Shown here: one piece after another, positions 35,873 through 49,401 of the stretch
How the letters are laid out: the number at the start of each line of letters is the position of its first letter
Position numbering within the stretch: the first letter of the stretch is position 1
Source: Rhizodiscina lignyota
Taxonomy: Eukaryota
Direction of reading: 5' to 3'
Assembly: GCA_010015805.1 (NCBI GenBank)
Contig: ML978126.1
Coordinates: 1,860,001 to 1,924,000 of the forward strand
DNA: 64,000 nucleotides
Translations under genes and position numbers: made by a program
Notes under the pieces: generated by a model
The model's input: the letters and a program-made list of their open reading frames with translations, nothing else
What the model was told of the DNA's origin: nothing
Database searches by the model: none

Positions 35873-36237
35873 GGCAGAGAGCATCAATTCGAAGTTCACT
35901 CGTGGAAAGAGGGATTGCGAAATGTTTTCAGCGCTTAACGCTGCTGAACAAGGCACACAACGTTGATGCGATGAAAATGATACTCACGGAAAAGGAAGCT
36001 ATTACGAGAAAATGCCTTTTTTGCATTATAATGCAGAAAAGTATGTACACTAGAAAATTAGGAAGTAGCTGTACAACGAGTGGGTATCAAAGGCGTTCTC
36101 TCGTGTCGCTGTAATGTAAGTGTGTGATATGTGTGATAATGCTCCCAGGTCCGTTCAATTCCAGAATCCTAGTGCCAGTTTGTATAAGAAAGCCCCAATC
36201 CCTTTTGAACGCCGAACAGCCCCGAAATGTAGCAAAA

Positions 36238-37335
36238 TCAAGGTAATTCCACTCTGCCCGTCGGACTCTCGGGCTTCTCCTCTTCCTGTGCTGCTGCTCC
36301 CGCCGGGCCGGCCCCTGACTTCTCTGCCGCGCTGAGCTCCACGATCTGATTATCAATTCCCGGCGCCTCGTACGCATACTCCGGCCCTCCACTCTGCCTG
36401 TTGAAGCCTACAAACTGCGCGCCGTTGTCCGGCCGCGGCGAGGGCGTGGTAGCCGTCGGCGGGGCACCTGGCGAGCCTGGCGGCAAGCCGGGACTCATCA
36501 GTCTCTCACCGTCGGTCCCTTGCGCCTTCTCCGCATGCACCGCTTGCTGGCCTTCGACCCAGGCGCCTACACCGCCGGCTTCGCTGCCGCCGGGAGCTTC
36601 GGAGCCGCCCTTTTGCGAGGCGGAGAAGATCTTGCCGTAGGTACGCGAGCGGGCGTAGAAGAAGATTGCGGCACCGAGGATAGCGACGCCGGCGATGCAG
36701 CCGATTACTATGCCGGCGATTGCGCCGCCCGAGAGACCGCTGGATTTGTGGCTTCCGCCGTTGTTGTTGGATGAGCCGGATGAGGGGTTGGAGTTCGAGG
36801 AACCGCCTGATGATGGTGCGGTAGGTGCTGATTCGGAGGGGAAGTTGTCGCCGGGCGAGAGCTGGTATTGCGCTTCTACGGCCGCGGACATTTGCTTGTC
36901 GATGGATGTGGATGCATTGGGGTTTATGACACCGACCATGCCATTGGGATGACATGATCCAGGGGCATTGCAGGAAAAGAAGACGGGGGCGGTGTCGTTG
37001 ATCGTGAGGTTCCATGTGGGCGGGGTCTCGAGGTTGCCCTCCATGAGGCCGGAGAAGAAGAAGTTCTTTTCATCGGGGAAGTAGAGGTTTGCCGGCACGC
37101 ATGGGTTGCAGTATCCGCCAGGGCAATCGGGAGAGTCGGTATAGACGGCGCGGTACACGGAGTGGTTGGTCGGGAAGAACTCGAAGGTGATGATGTCGCC
37201 AACTTTGGCGTGCGTGACGTTGGGGAAGTATCTGAAGCCGCCATTGCCGACTGTGACTTTGTGCACTGCGCTGCGCACTTGGGTGAGTGCGAGCGAGGCG
37301 AGGAATAGGTATCTCAAGGCGTGGTGTTGCGACAT
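36238..37335 (-). CDS. Cupredoxin-domain serine-rich type I membrane protein
   Basis: Signal peptide; VTVG..F.P..A.VGD.I.F.F.P.NHSV, C..PC, FSCNAPGSCHPNGMVGVINP; S/G linker; TM GLSGGAIAGIVIGCIAGVAILGAAIFF; cytosolic tail. Confidence 0.9.
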   Translation of the reverse strand: MSQHHALRYLFLASLALTQVRSAVHKVTVGNGGFRYFPNVTHAKVGDIITFEFFPTNHSVYRAVYTDSPDCPGGYCNPCVPANLYFPDEKNFFFSGLMEGNLETPPTWNLTINDTAPVFFSCNAPGSCHPNGMVGVINPNASTSIDKQMSAAVEAQYQLSPGDNFPSESAPTAPSSGGSSNSNPSSGSSNNNGGSHKSSGLSGGAIAGIVIGCIAGVAILGAAIFFYARSRTYGKIFSASQKGGSEAPGGSEAGGVGAWVEGQQAVHAEKAQGTDGERLMSPGLPPGSPGAPPTATTPSPRPDNGAQFVGFNRQSGGPEYAYEAPGIDNQIVELSAAEKSGAGPAGAAAQEEEKPESPTGRVELP

Positions 37336-40300
37336 CTTGAGGGTAGTAGTTCGTTAGGCTGAGGAGGTGGTGATCATGACCGCGGGGAGGGCGTCAGAGG
37401 TCGCAGAGGAGGTTACACGATGGTGAAAGGGAGTACAACGGCGAACGAGTTGACAAAAGGCCTTCACCAGTCCTGGACTGGACCGGGATACTGCTAAATA
37501 TGAGTAGAGAAGCAGCCCCCGGCCGTGCACTCCCGCCAGCCGATCCTTGCGCTGGGAAACGAAACGTGATGATGGGCGAATCCTATTTTGAATTAGTAAA
37601 GAAATGACAGCCGGCCGGCTGTTTGCTAGGTCGATTTGCAGATCGGGGAGAGAGGCGGTGCGTCACAGGACGCAGTCAGCTTTCCAAATGCTACGGCACC
37701 TCAGGCCAACACCCATGAGCAGAGAGTGCCGGCTGATTGGGCTGGCAGAGCATGCATCGTCCATGCGACGAATCCGCGCGGCCTTCTGATATCAGCTACT
37801 CGGGCTAGACGCAATTGAGATTGAAAGCACGCCTGCAGCGTGACAAAGACAAAGCGGAGGGAGCGAGGAGGACCAGGACAGCGTGGGCACCACGGGCGTG
37901 CCGCAAACGCAATTCGCTGTGTCCGCAGCTCTTCCTGGATCAATTGGACGAGTTCGGTGAACACTGTCCGTATCCTTTCAGCCGCTCTCCTGTGGCTGGA
38001 CTCGCTGGAGGGCCAGACGAGACTGTACGGCTCGCTTCGCGGTACAGCCTTGTCTGGTGCAGGTGAGGGCGGGCGACAAGTTCAGCCTTAGCGAACTGCC
38101 AAGCACGTCGAAGTCGATTGGCAATTGCTTCGGTGCGATGAGAGAAGCAGAGAAGCCGACAGCCGATGGACTTGGGTGCCAAGCTGGGGAAGTGCAAGAG
38201 TCGGGCGGATCAGGGGTCAGCGCCGTTCTGAGTGCCAGTGCTTGCGAGTCCCGCTGGATGAAGCTTATTTTTAGCCCGAGCCTTGAGCCAGACGTCCTGC
38301 CATCGCGGTCTATTGACATTCTGACTGGAGACCTTTAAATGCTATATTTTCCAACATGGCCACTTTGGATAATGCTCAAGTCTGCATGCCTGTCCATCTT
38401 CTGCATTTCCCCAGGGTGCTCGTCATCGACCTTCTGATCTTGTTCATCTACTCTATTTGTTTCAGAGCTGGCCCACCTATAGGAGCTAAAAATTAATTAA
38501 ATAGCAGAGACCCGCTATTCCAAATAAGATCGAGTACGACCTGTCCGAATCTTTTCATGTTATTCAGATGTTATTCAGCGAACACGATGACTTGCCCGAA
38601 ACAGTCTTTCATAGCTTTCCGGAACAATAAGCTGCGGTAATTGCTCTTCATCGGTCCAAGCCCTTCCGTATCTGTTAGTTCGTCGTGATTTCCAGCTTCG
38701 TCAAATACGTCTGCCTTCTCCTGACCCGGCCCAGTGGCAACTGAAGACCCGCCATGATTCCGATCGGAATTTGGCGCTGCGACCATAGAGGTGCGGGAGC
38801 GCGCCTAAGGCATCCTGGCGACTATCGGTGCTATGGTCGTGTGAGACTTTCGGCCTCGCCTTTGACATTTCGACAACCCCGAGCATAGTCTTTCACTACT
38901 GAATATCTCCCACACCTTGCAGGAGGCATCTGAATCGATTCGCGAATGTATAAAAAAAAAATGTGCCTTGGATAAGAGACGACGTCGCTGCTGGTCTTTG
39001 ATTCTCGGCGAGTCCGACCAATTTCCGGAGACGATGTTCGCATTGGACAACCATTTACCACAAAGGAGTTAGTCTTCACGAGCGACAGCGGCGGTGCTGC
39101 GACTACTGAGGCGCAGGAATGCGCCCATGATAGATTAGTCAATGTCGTCGATGCTCGTGTAAGAGTTTCGGTTCTCTCGTTCCACATGACGATCAACTTT
39201 CCTTTAACACTCTCATCATCTCAAACAAACATCCTTTTGCAATTAAACGTCTCGGGTGCCTTGCAGAGGTGCCTTGCAGAAATGCTTTGCACTGTGCAGA
39301 CAATCCACCTCAAGGATTTAGCGCCCGTGCGAAAGGTGTTACTAAAACAAGAAAAGGAGTATCGCTGATACATCTAACTCTAGCACTACAACCGATTCCT
39401 ACCGCCGATATTTCACTAGGTTCTAAGTGAATAAAGGGGAGCCACGATCCTGAATGAAGAGCTGTCTCGGACCATCGGCCGATATCATTTCCGACAAGTT
39501 ACTCGTCCACAATACATTGTAACACCAGCGGTCGCTGCTCGTACATTGTCGAGCGATATACGGAGCTCTGAGTGATCGCGGCTCCAAAGACGACGAGCAG
39601 AGAAGACGAATACAAAAGACTGCTCAGAAAGTCATAGCGCGTATATCCTCCATACTCATTACCATTATATCGCTCCGGAGTTGGCGTACGCCGCAATGTC
39701 CTGTGAGAAGTACAAGTTTGACAAGATGTGTTGACAAATGCTGTTACGGAACTACGAAAGCAAGACTGCTAACAGACAAGAATTCGCTTTCGCATAAGGC
39801 GAAGTTGCAAGAAGCCACCATGCTGGTGGGATCTCAATGGCACCTCTGGTACTGATAGAAGCCCCCAGTCTAACAACGGGGGTTCGGAAATCTTCTATGG
39901 AAGAATCTCCCTCTTCTCCTCTAACCCTTCGTCCGTCATATAGCGCACATAGTTGTCCTCGATGACTCTCGTCCGAAGTCCAGGAAGTCCAGGAACTCTG
40001 CTCGCAGACAGCTTACGTATGTTCTTCCCGACGCCCTCCGAATAATCAGCTGAAGCTGGCCGCCGAACATGAGATGGTCGGACCAACCCAAGTCCGCCAT
40101 GGAGAATATCATTTGTGCAGGCAGGTCACTATGATCCAGTCCAGTAACAACAAGAGACCGTAGTTGAAGAGAGAGGGGGAGCCACATAATGCGAGGACGT
40201 GGTGGCAGATGCAACATTGCTTGAAAAGACTTTGGGGGTTGATTGAACTTGTTAGTGCTGGCTCGGCTGTCAGTGGCTTGCTTTAATAAAAAAGATTCAG

Positions 40301-41535
40301 AGAGCATAACAGCAAAGAAAGAAGTTCAGCCAAGTTTCCGGAGTCCGAACGAAAGGAGCGTATTATTTTAGTGCGCTTTACAGGCTCGATCGTGCCGATA
40401 CCCATATCCCGTGATGATCGTGGTCGATTCCCTTGGAACACGAGCAACATGCACGAGATCATCGACGAGCTCCAGCAGAGCTTTGCTGCTGTGATCATTG
40501 CGATGGGAGTCGCCGTCGCGCTCTTTCTAGTCGAGGCCGGGGACATTAGAGTAAGCCAGAAGACTCGCTTGCGAATTCGACAAGTTCGGGGGCAGACAGG
40601 TGATTCTCCCAGGGTAATATAATAGGCGCAGACGTGCAAAAGCATAAGTACTAGGAGATGGAGATGAGCTGGAGGGCACTTTGGGTGGTCTACTCGGACG
40701 GTTTCGCTTTAGCACTCTAAGTCCGGGCAGTTCTTCTTCTTCTTCTTCATCTGAATCTGAAATCTGGATACTGCAAGCGGCATGATCCCCAGAGTTGCAC
40801 TTCCCCTCCTTGGAATTGATGTTGACAATTATGAAACACATCGCAACACTATTTCAGTTTCTTTTAGGCATTATTCGGGCTGCCCAGCATCTTTATCTTG
40901 GCATAAGCGGCGAGCGCCGACGTATCTGTACGTCAGCAGGGACCAAGTTGAAAATGAAGTGACCAGTCGGGTGAATCTGCAATGCACCTTGCGCATATCG
41001 CCTTCATACACGTAATACCGACTGATATTTTGCAGATTCGCTTCTCTTGGCTCTTACTTCATGATGCTCGTAAGACTCTCGCACGAAATTACTTCTATTA
41101 GAAGGATCCTGTGGGCATGGTTGCTTCTTGGCATGTCTCTCGCACACAGTACAGTGGAACACCGTAAAAATTGATTCTGGGAAAAGAAGCTAGCAACAAT
41201 TTTCTTTTTTGAGGTACCTCGGAGTCTCAATCAGCTTGTGGCATCATGCGGCGCGGGAGTTCGGGGTCATAACAAGGAAAGCCAAGGGGATAGCGAGAGA
41301 ATGAAAACATCACAAATGTTGCAGCGTAAAATTGAGAAAGGAATGACTTGATAGTTAAAAGAAAAGCATATCTCATTTCCAAATTCCAATATATGAGATC
41401 GTGAAGGAAATCCAAACTCCCGCGCTGATGCCAATTAAAAAGGAATATAAAAGTGCTAATGCTATGCACAAGCGCTACAAAGAGACCCGCGATGCAGCCA
41501 GTGCCCGAACAGCTTGTGCCGATTGAATGACCCGC

Positions 41536-42192
41536 TTAAAGACCGGGGCCGTTTGGGGGAGGGGCGATGGTGCCGCCCTGGACACGAGGAGGAGAGATGG
41601 AGACCTCGGTCTTGTTGGCAGCAGCCTTGTACGCGTCGAGAGTGTTGGGGGAGTTGAAGTTCTGGTTGATGACCATGGCCATGCCCATTTGGCAGTGAGA
41701 GCCCACGGTCTGCGGGCAGTAGTACCACTGCGGCTCCTTGCTGTCGATCTCGATGGTGAAGACGTTGGGTGCCTCGCCCTCCTTTGTCGGCATGAAGCCG
41801 GAGAACTTGGCGTCATCGTTGATCGGCACGCACGGCTTCTGGAAGCTGGACTGTGCGAAGGAGTGGTTCTTCGGGAGGTAGTGGACTTCGACGAGGTCAC
41901 CGATCTCGGCAACGATGTTCTCGGGCTCGTAGCGCAGCATGCCGTTGAAGCCGGCGATGACGCGGTGGGTGGCGCGGAAGGGGTTGAAGGTCTTGGACGG
42001 GGGAGCGTGCCACGAGCCGGAAGCAGAATCGGCAACGGCGGAAGCTTCTGCAACCGCGTTGCCGAAGACGCTGTCGGCTTCAGCCTGGGCAACGGCAGTG
42101 GCAGACTCGGGCTGGCCGTAAGAAGGATAGGCAGGCGCGGCGCTGGCCAGAGTGGCCGCGGCGACGAGAGCGAAGGAAGTGATAGCGACCAT
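41536..42192 (-). CDS. Secreted cupredoxin-like protein
   Basis: Signal peptide; LRYEPENIVAEIGDLV..KNHSF.QSSF.KPC; WYYCPQTVGSHCQMGMAMVIN; strong C/G third-position bias. Confidence 0.92.
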   Translation of the reverse strand: MVAITSFALVAAATLASAAPAYPSYGQPESATAVAQAEADSVFGNAVAEASAVADSASGSWHAPPSKTFNPFRATHRVIAGFNGMLRYEPENIVAEIGDLVEVHYLPKNHSFAQSSFQKPCVPINDDAKFSGFMPTKEGEAPNVFTIEIDSKEPQWYYCPQTVGSHCQMGMAMVINQNFNSPNTLDAYKAAANKTEVSISPPRVQGGTIAPPPNGPGL

Positions 42193-44093
42193 TTTTCTTG
42201 TTTGGTTAGAAGAAGAAACGAAAGAAGTTAGGAAAGAAGGAAAAATTATGAAAGTGGAAGTGAAAGAGTGCTTTGTAGATTAGATCTGTTGGTTTGTTGA
42301 TGAGAAGAGAAATTGATCGGCGAGGAAGAGAGGGTGTACTTATATGCATCTGGTTCTGTATGATCCTAACATCAGCGGCATGGCCACATGAGAGACCATG
42401 GGAGGCCACTCAGCGCCACGCTTGGTTGTCTTGTCCAGAGACAGCCCAGCAATAGCAATGCAATGCAGGTACGGTGTGAGTTGGGTGCTCCGTCAGCAGC
42501 GCAGTCTTTTTTCGCTGCGGATCTGGAACTCTCCGGGAAAGCTGCTGTCAAGGTGGCACCCCGCGCCCCATCTTGGCGTTGAATGAGCGGTGGTCTCCCC
42601 AAAATCTCACCGCCGAGAAAAGAGCGTACTGAAATTAGGGTGGCAGCAGAGTCGGAGGGGAGAGTGTCGAGGCTGGAGCGGCGGAATGGCTGTGCAGGTC
42701 GGAGCACGTGGCGGGAGGTGCCGGCGAACCCCTCAGCATGGGCTATTTTTGGCTATTTTTGGAGTCGCCCGAGGTGAAAGTGCCGTGGGAGTGACAAATG
42801 ACGGCATCTCGCCCGACTTCGAAAATACTTTTCCTGATCCATTGTTGCCTGAGGAGATTATGTACCTTCCAGGCCAGGGCGTTGAGTCTCCTCCTTTTGA
42901 TGCGGTGTATACGAGGTGATTTTAATTGCGTAGCGAATGTTATGCAAAGCGCCCCTGGTCCGCGCCAGCCAAACCTTATGTTTAAGCTTGTAGGGGGGCC
43001 CGCTCCCCAGTCGGACATACGAAGTAAGTATCATCGGCTGAAGTCGTTATTGATGCCTTTGGCAGGTAAAGGTGCCCTGGTGCTTGATGGACTGCTGCTG
43101 AGGTTGCAATATCGCTGTTGAAAGCTTACAGGCAAAAAGGCTCCTCGTTAGTCATTTCTCCAGGAAGTCTTCTGAGACCTTGATCTCACCGATCAGATTC
43201 TAGCTAGACAAGTGGCCGCGTGAGATGGTGCGGCTTCCAAGTTTCCTCAGCTGCAAGAATTCATGGTTGATGAAGCCGAAAGAGAAGACACCTCAGAAAT
43301 TCGAGAAACCCATTTTGCAGGTAAGCGGCTAATCTTTATACCATATTCAATCTCGTCGTTTCCATGAGGCATTTGGAGCATCTTTCTCTCGCTCTCAAAA
43401 TCGACTCAAACAATCTCATCGGGCAGATGTCCGCCAAGAGCTGCAGGAAATTCAGCATTCGTGAACGAGTCTTGGTACCCTAAGAGATCGCTGACACTGG
43501 TGAGATTCATCTTGGCACGTGAGTTTGGAAGGATGGATCTCTTTAATAATATGTATGCAGCAGTACCCAGAATCGGAAGAATGCGTTCTTCGTCAACGCG
43601 TATTACATGTCTGGGGTTATTTGATATTTTCATTGCTTCTGAATCCTTCTGTCCAAAATGCTTTCGATGTCTCGAGGTTGCAGCCATGGTCTGCTCCGTC
43701 AGACCTGCCTTCTTCAGTATATCACCAAGTTTGCAGGGAGCATCATGGAAAAGATTGGACTATTTATGTCTCTGTTCAAAAATGGAATATATATGACAAT
43801 GCAGATGTCAGAAATTTCCCGTTAGTGTCCCGATGGAGTCAACGTTGAGGCCTTTATCGAGGCCTTTGAACCTTCAAAGAAATTATTTCGCCGTGTCTCA
43901 GCATTCGACCCGATCGTCATCATGTACCCCGGTCCACCCTTGGCACGAATATGGAACGGTATGATAGCTAGGTAAGATGCAGGGGAATCGGAGTCAGATA
44001 TGATTTCCGCCCAGGAGTTGGAGATCCATTCGGAGACTCCACAGTTCATAGATCTTTCTATTCTTGGCTTTCGACAATCTTCTTTCGATATGC

Positions 44094-44681
44094 TCAGTTC
44101 TCCTTCTTGCCTCCCATTCCCTTCAGAGCCTTTGCTACTCTCCTCGTTTCAAGATACCACGCCGCCGCGCAGAGCATGAGTGCTGGAATGTCGAAGAGAA
44201 GCTGCGGCATCGGCACCGGTGCGTGGTCCCGAAATTCGTGATCCACGGCGAGACTGTTCGGATAGAAGATTGCGGACCACTGCGTGATGTAGTAACAGGC
44301 GCCTACTATGCAGGCGACAACTAAGTCCTCTTTTTGTTTTTGGAGAGACAGCTGCGGCGCAAGAGACTGAGGAGTATTCCACGGCAGAGTCGGGGAACGA
44401 AAGGCTAGCCATAGGCTTAGCAGACCTAGGTAAGGCCCAAGGGTCATAGTTTGGCCAGCGTGGAAGACGGCGTGTCCTGTCTGGTGTATCAGTTAATCTC
44501 ATTATCACTCGGATGCGCCGTGGTGGAAATAAGAATTAAGCAGAAGAGGCGAAGAGAGTAGTGACGCACCTGGCCATCGAGGATTATACACGTGTGTATG
44601 ATTGAAGTCCACTATGAAAGGAAACAGCACCGTCACAGCTGCGACGATGCTCAGGAGAATGCGAGGAGTATAATAACCCAT
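44094..44681 (-). CDS. Small integral membrane protein (DUF6640-like)
   Basis: Exon 1 MGYYTPRILLSIVAAVTVLFPFIVDFNHTHVYNPRWP, intron ~44477-44569, exon 2 GHAVFHAGQTMTLG..; matches the D.N.TH.YNP.WP.HA.FH.GQTM motif. Confidence 0.78.
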
Positions 44682-45903
44682 GCTTCCGCCTGGACTGCTG
44701 CTCGAGTCTGATTTTTGGATCTGGTTACCTCTACAGATTTGGGCTCTTGTTATGAGTCCCTCGATCCTTTCCTCAGAACAAGATGCCCTGGAGAGACAAG
44801 ATCAGGCGGAAGATGGATACGAATAAGGATGACGTCTACGGAGTAAAAGGCTTGCTATCTTATAGAAATATCTGACGGAAAGGACACGGCTCGTCAATGC
44901 ACATCTCGCGGAGACAATATTCATCCCAATTCGCGCATAGTCTACAGCGCCATAAGACGGGGCAATCAACATCTCGCGACGCCAATGTTCAGCGATGAAT
45001 ATAGCGTTTTTCCCGATTCGGGATCGGTTCGCGCCTTCCTTATCACGGCCTAGTCTAATTTCAACAAAGTCTCGTTTCAGTTCCTTCAGAACCCAGACCG
45101 CAAATCTCACACGTGGGTTCGCGTTGAGTATACTTCTTCTGTTCAATCGATTGCGATTGCCCCGAGAGACGGATTCTAAAACCCAGAAGGATGCTGCATT
45201 TGCGCCTACTCTACCGGTGCTCTAATCTGTCTCTGCCTTTTCCATCGCCAGCTCCACTTGAAGTACCTCCAACTTGACTTCTACGAGACTCCGCAACGGA
45301 CATGGAAGGCATCGTCAGCACTTTGAAACATCTCCAGTCCTTCGTTCTTGGTCCCGAGAAGCCATACGGCTCTACAGCTACGCTCATTTTGTTGAGCAAG
45401 TCGTGGTCCCTTTAACTAGCTGTGTTATGGCATCCGACCTGAAGGAAATCATGGAACAAGCTCTTCGCAGTGAGATTCTCCTTTCAAGCGGAACGGAGTA
45501 GGAATTATCTTTAGGATTTCAAGGATTCAAGATATACACATGCAATGTTATTTACTCTTTCACGCTCCAGAGTGAGCGCTACTCACACTACCGGCGATAT
45601 CTCGATATCGGGCATCATAGTGATGCTTATACAATAAACTCCAGACCCAGTCGGAGGCTCTTTACGTTCCCTTCCACTCCGTTCCATAGCCCCCCATTTG
45701 CACGCAGCCACAATCAGCAGCCGACTTCCATGTCATCCCAGTGTATCGATAGTTCGCAGATGCGGAAATAATAAAACGAATGGAAACGCCGTGCCGTCGC
45801 TATGCAGAAGCAAGAAATGCAAAGCCCATCGCACCTTTCGACCTCGTGAGGCCAAAGAGCACCGAACCATCAAACTCCCATGTATGCATTGGAGAACCGA
45901 AAT

Positions 45904-48900
45904 TTAAGAGTCCTGCCGCTCGCTAGCGCAGTACTCAACGATCAAGCGCTCCAGATCCATCAGCTTATACGGCTTCGTCATGAACCCCTTCATGCCGACC
46001 TTCGCCGCTCTTTCCAGCGCGCCGTCGGTCACGTCCGCTGTAACGGCCAGGATAGTCGGACGCTTCCAGCTCGTGCCGTTGACGTGGCCGTTCACACCGT
46101 TCGTCTGGCCATCCTGAGGCGGGGAAGGCGTTGGCGACGGCGTCATGGAAAGGATCTTCTCGGTCGCCTCGTACCCGTCCATGAGCGGCATCCACAGGTC
46201 CATCAGCACGACGTCGACCATGCCGGCCTTTTTCAGGTTCATGCCGTTGGTCTTGATATTCATCGTCTCTTTCACTCCGCCGGTTCTCGCAAGTTCCTCC
46301 ATCACGCGCACCGCATGCGCGCCATCGTACGCCTCGTGCACGCTCGTGTAGCCCAGCTTCTTCAGCATGCTGACCAGCAGCTTGCGGTTGATCTTGTTGT
46401 CCTCGGCGACGAGGAAGGTGAGCGGGTGCTTCTTCGCGAGGTCGCGGTCGAACCCGATGCCATTGCCATTTGTTGCGTTAAAGTTCTTCTGACGGGTGGA
46501 TTGGCGGCGGCCCATGCCGGGGTGGAGGGGAATGTGGGTGGATGAGGACGCGGAGGAGCTGCCGCGTGTGCGGTTGACGGGTAGGTCTGGAGATGTTGGG
46601 GTGATGAGGGTATGAGGGGGTAGATGAGCGGGTGATGGATGCGGTGAATGCACGCCTTTGGGCATGCTTGTGGGGACTGGAGAATTAGACTGTCTGAGGG
46701 AGATTCGATGGGTGCGCCCAGCCACTAGACTCTCTAAATCGACGGACCGTGAAATGGACCGCGGTCTTGAACGGTTCGTCGGTGCGGGTGAACCGAATGG
46801 CGACTCGGGCCGCGAGATGGCATCGGCGGGAGTAATAGGGACACGCATTTCAAACTCGCAGCCATGGTTTGGACCAGTGGTATCTGCTCGAATGCAGAAT
46901 AGATCTCCTCGGAGCTTCCTTGCCAAGCCCTTTGCGACCAGCAGTCCAAGGCCAAGACCTTCAGATTGACGCGTAAGCGAATCGTCCTCCCTTGCGAAGG
47001 GCTTGAACAGATTCGGTAGGAACGCTGTGGGGATTCCAGGGCCAGTATCAGTGACATTGATGACAACGTATCGGCATCGCGTAGTCTGGGATAGTCTTGC
47101 TCTCATGGTGATCTTCCCCTCTTCTGTGAACTTGACGGCATTCAGGAAGACGCAGCTGATCATCTTCGCAAAGTCCTTTTCGTCAATCAACATCGTCTCC
47201 GGTACACCCTGGTCGACTGCCCATTCGATGAATTTGGTGTGGTCTTCTCCTGCGGAATCCTTGACCTGCACCTCAATGATCTCTCCATCTTCCGTCTCTT
47301 GCGCTACGGCAGAATCGGGTCGACCACCCACGCGTAGAGCGTCGTTGACAACATATTGCAAGACATCGCGTATACTGGCATGTCGTAGACCAGGTACGAT
47401 ACCTTGTTCCGAAATACAGGGAGGTGATTCAAGCACAGGTTCCGGGTTCCCAGCTCGAGCAAAATATTCGAAATCCGTTTCGCGGACACCAGCTGGATGA
47501 GTATGAGGACTAATGTGCTTGATGATATCCGCAAACTGTAAAGAGTGTTGTTTTCTTTCCTTGTCGTCGTCGTCACTCGACCGCCTCCGCTTTGGCACGG
47601 CAGCGCCGTTTGTGTGCGTTATGCTATCTCGTCTTCGCTTCCGTCCCTGGTTGAAACTGGTGATGGGCATGTGATTGCCTGTAATTACAATCTCTGGTCG
47701 CCGCTCCTTGTCTCTAGGTTTGCGCTCATGTTCGTCCAACGCAAGGTCCTCTACTTCGTCGATTGGCGATGTTAGCTCCGAGACTTCTGGGACGCCCATA
47801 TTCATATCGTAAGCGTGAACGACGTTGTCAGCAGCTTCAACAGCACGGCGGGAGGAATCTATAGCGTGTATAAGCAAGATGAGCGTGGTTGAGGATGAGA
47901 GATCATCGTACCTTGAACCGTCTCAATGTTCTCCCGGAGAGTGGAAAAAACCTCTCTCATTCTCGGATCTCTCAAGCCCTCCATCGCCTCTTGAACTGTA
48001 GCGTGCATAACATCCAGCATGCCCACAACACCCTGCATTGGCGTCCTCAACTCGTGCGAAAGACTCCTAGCATATGGCTTCAGATTTTGCGACACGGTAA
48101 TAGCATCGTGCGGAACGACTGGGTGTGTCTTCTGCACGCCGTTAGTCGACGCATTTTTAATCTTATCGCCAAAGCCGCTGCCTTCCAGAACTCGTTGTAG
48201 CACAATGTCCTCAAGTGAGTGCAGTAGCATCTCCAGGAAGCCCCAGCTCAACTTCCGCCTCTTCTCACCGTCCGGACTCCAGCTGACGCCAAAGTGGGCG
48301 AAACATTTGCCTTCGGAGAAGAGTGGTGCTGCAATGTAGCTGGAAATCGGAGTTGGTAGGTTCTTGGCATTTGGATTTTCGGTGGCTGGTGTGAAGGACT
48401 CTGCTGTTCCCGGTATAATGAAAACCTTGTCGTGCTTCATATACGCACACGGTGCCGCGTATGACTCATACTCAATGTCCCGTATAGTCCCTTTCTTGCC
48501 CTCTTCATGCTCTTTCTTGGAGTCGTCGTCGTAGTAATACGCCATGCCCATGAGACAGCTCCCCTTCTCGCCAATCGGCGGCATCTCCACGGCGATGTCC
48601 TGATTATCCCTGAGTATCCTCTTGCTGATGAAGGCATATTGAGCTCCACATATCTGCGCAATGCCTTCCGTGGCCGTCTGCCAGAACTCTTCTGAAGTAC
48701 ATGAGATGAGGCGCGACTTCAGGACGACCAGTTGCTCGGCGGCATTGCTTTCTGCGGCAGGATAGAACTTTGCGAGCTCAGCCGGGAAATCGGGATGGTT
48801 GCCTTGGAGAACGACGCCGGGCGAGGCGGTGGAAAAGCATAGGGAGAGGCGGTCGAGAGGGCGGGCTGGTGCTCCGCCAGGCTCCACGTCCTCGCTGCTC

Positions 48901-49401
48901 ATCGTAGACGCCCCGCCGCCGCCGTTGTCGTACTCATTCGTTGACTTTCGACGGACTCGCTCTCGTGCTTGGCGGTATACTCTTGGTGCGGATGAAAGCT
49001 GCAACGATGCGGCCCGTGTAAACGGGAGGGCGGCGCGAGTCTCCAGCTTTTCGGCGGCTTTGTTCCAGACTGTGCAGTGAAGGTATAGTACTTCGGATGA
49101 GGGTTATTGCAAAGTGGAGGATTGAATAGGATGTTTGCTGGACAGCCAAGTGATGCGGGGTTTGGGACAAGCTGAAACGTGTGCGACTTTCCGAGATGGA
49201 TCGTGGCCGTGGTTGTGTGGAGAGAGGAATGCGGCGGGAGCAGAGCATCACATTCCAGGAAGCGTCATGTATCACGGTATCCCACTTCGCAGTGGCTTGC
49301 TCACGATGTGTAGGCAGTTGAGGAGTTAGGAGGTGAGGCTGGTCGGCGTAGAGTCGGATGGGGAGATGGGTGCGCTGGACGGCGGAGGTGGTTGTGGACA
49401 T
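45904..49401 (-). CDS. Hybrid two-component histidine kinase (GAF-like sensor, HisKA, HATPase_c, receiver)
   Basis: SHELRTPMQGVVG H-box; NAVKFT, DTGPGI, LFKPF, GLGLGL; AEDNKIN, VLMDLWMPLMDGY, AVTA, MTKP; intron ~47861-47910; probable first exon 49305-49401 (alternative start 48902). Confidence 0.93.

Noticed and set aside
41475..42231. Overlapping 205-aa and antisense 234-aa ORFs on the cupredoxin gene
   Set aside because: Shadow ORFs caused by strong codon bias.
43300..44050. Protein-like minus-strand fragments
   Set aside because: Interrupted by stops and not assignable to any family.
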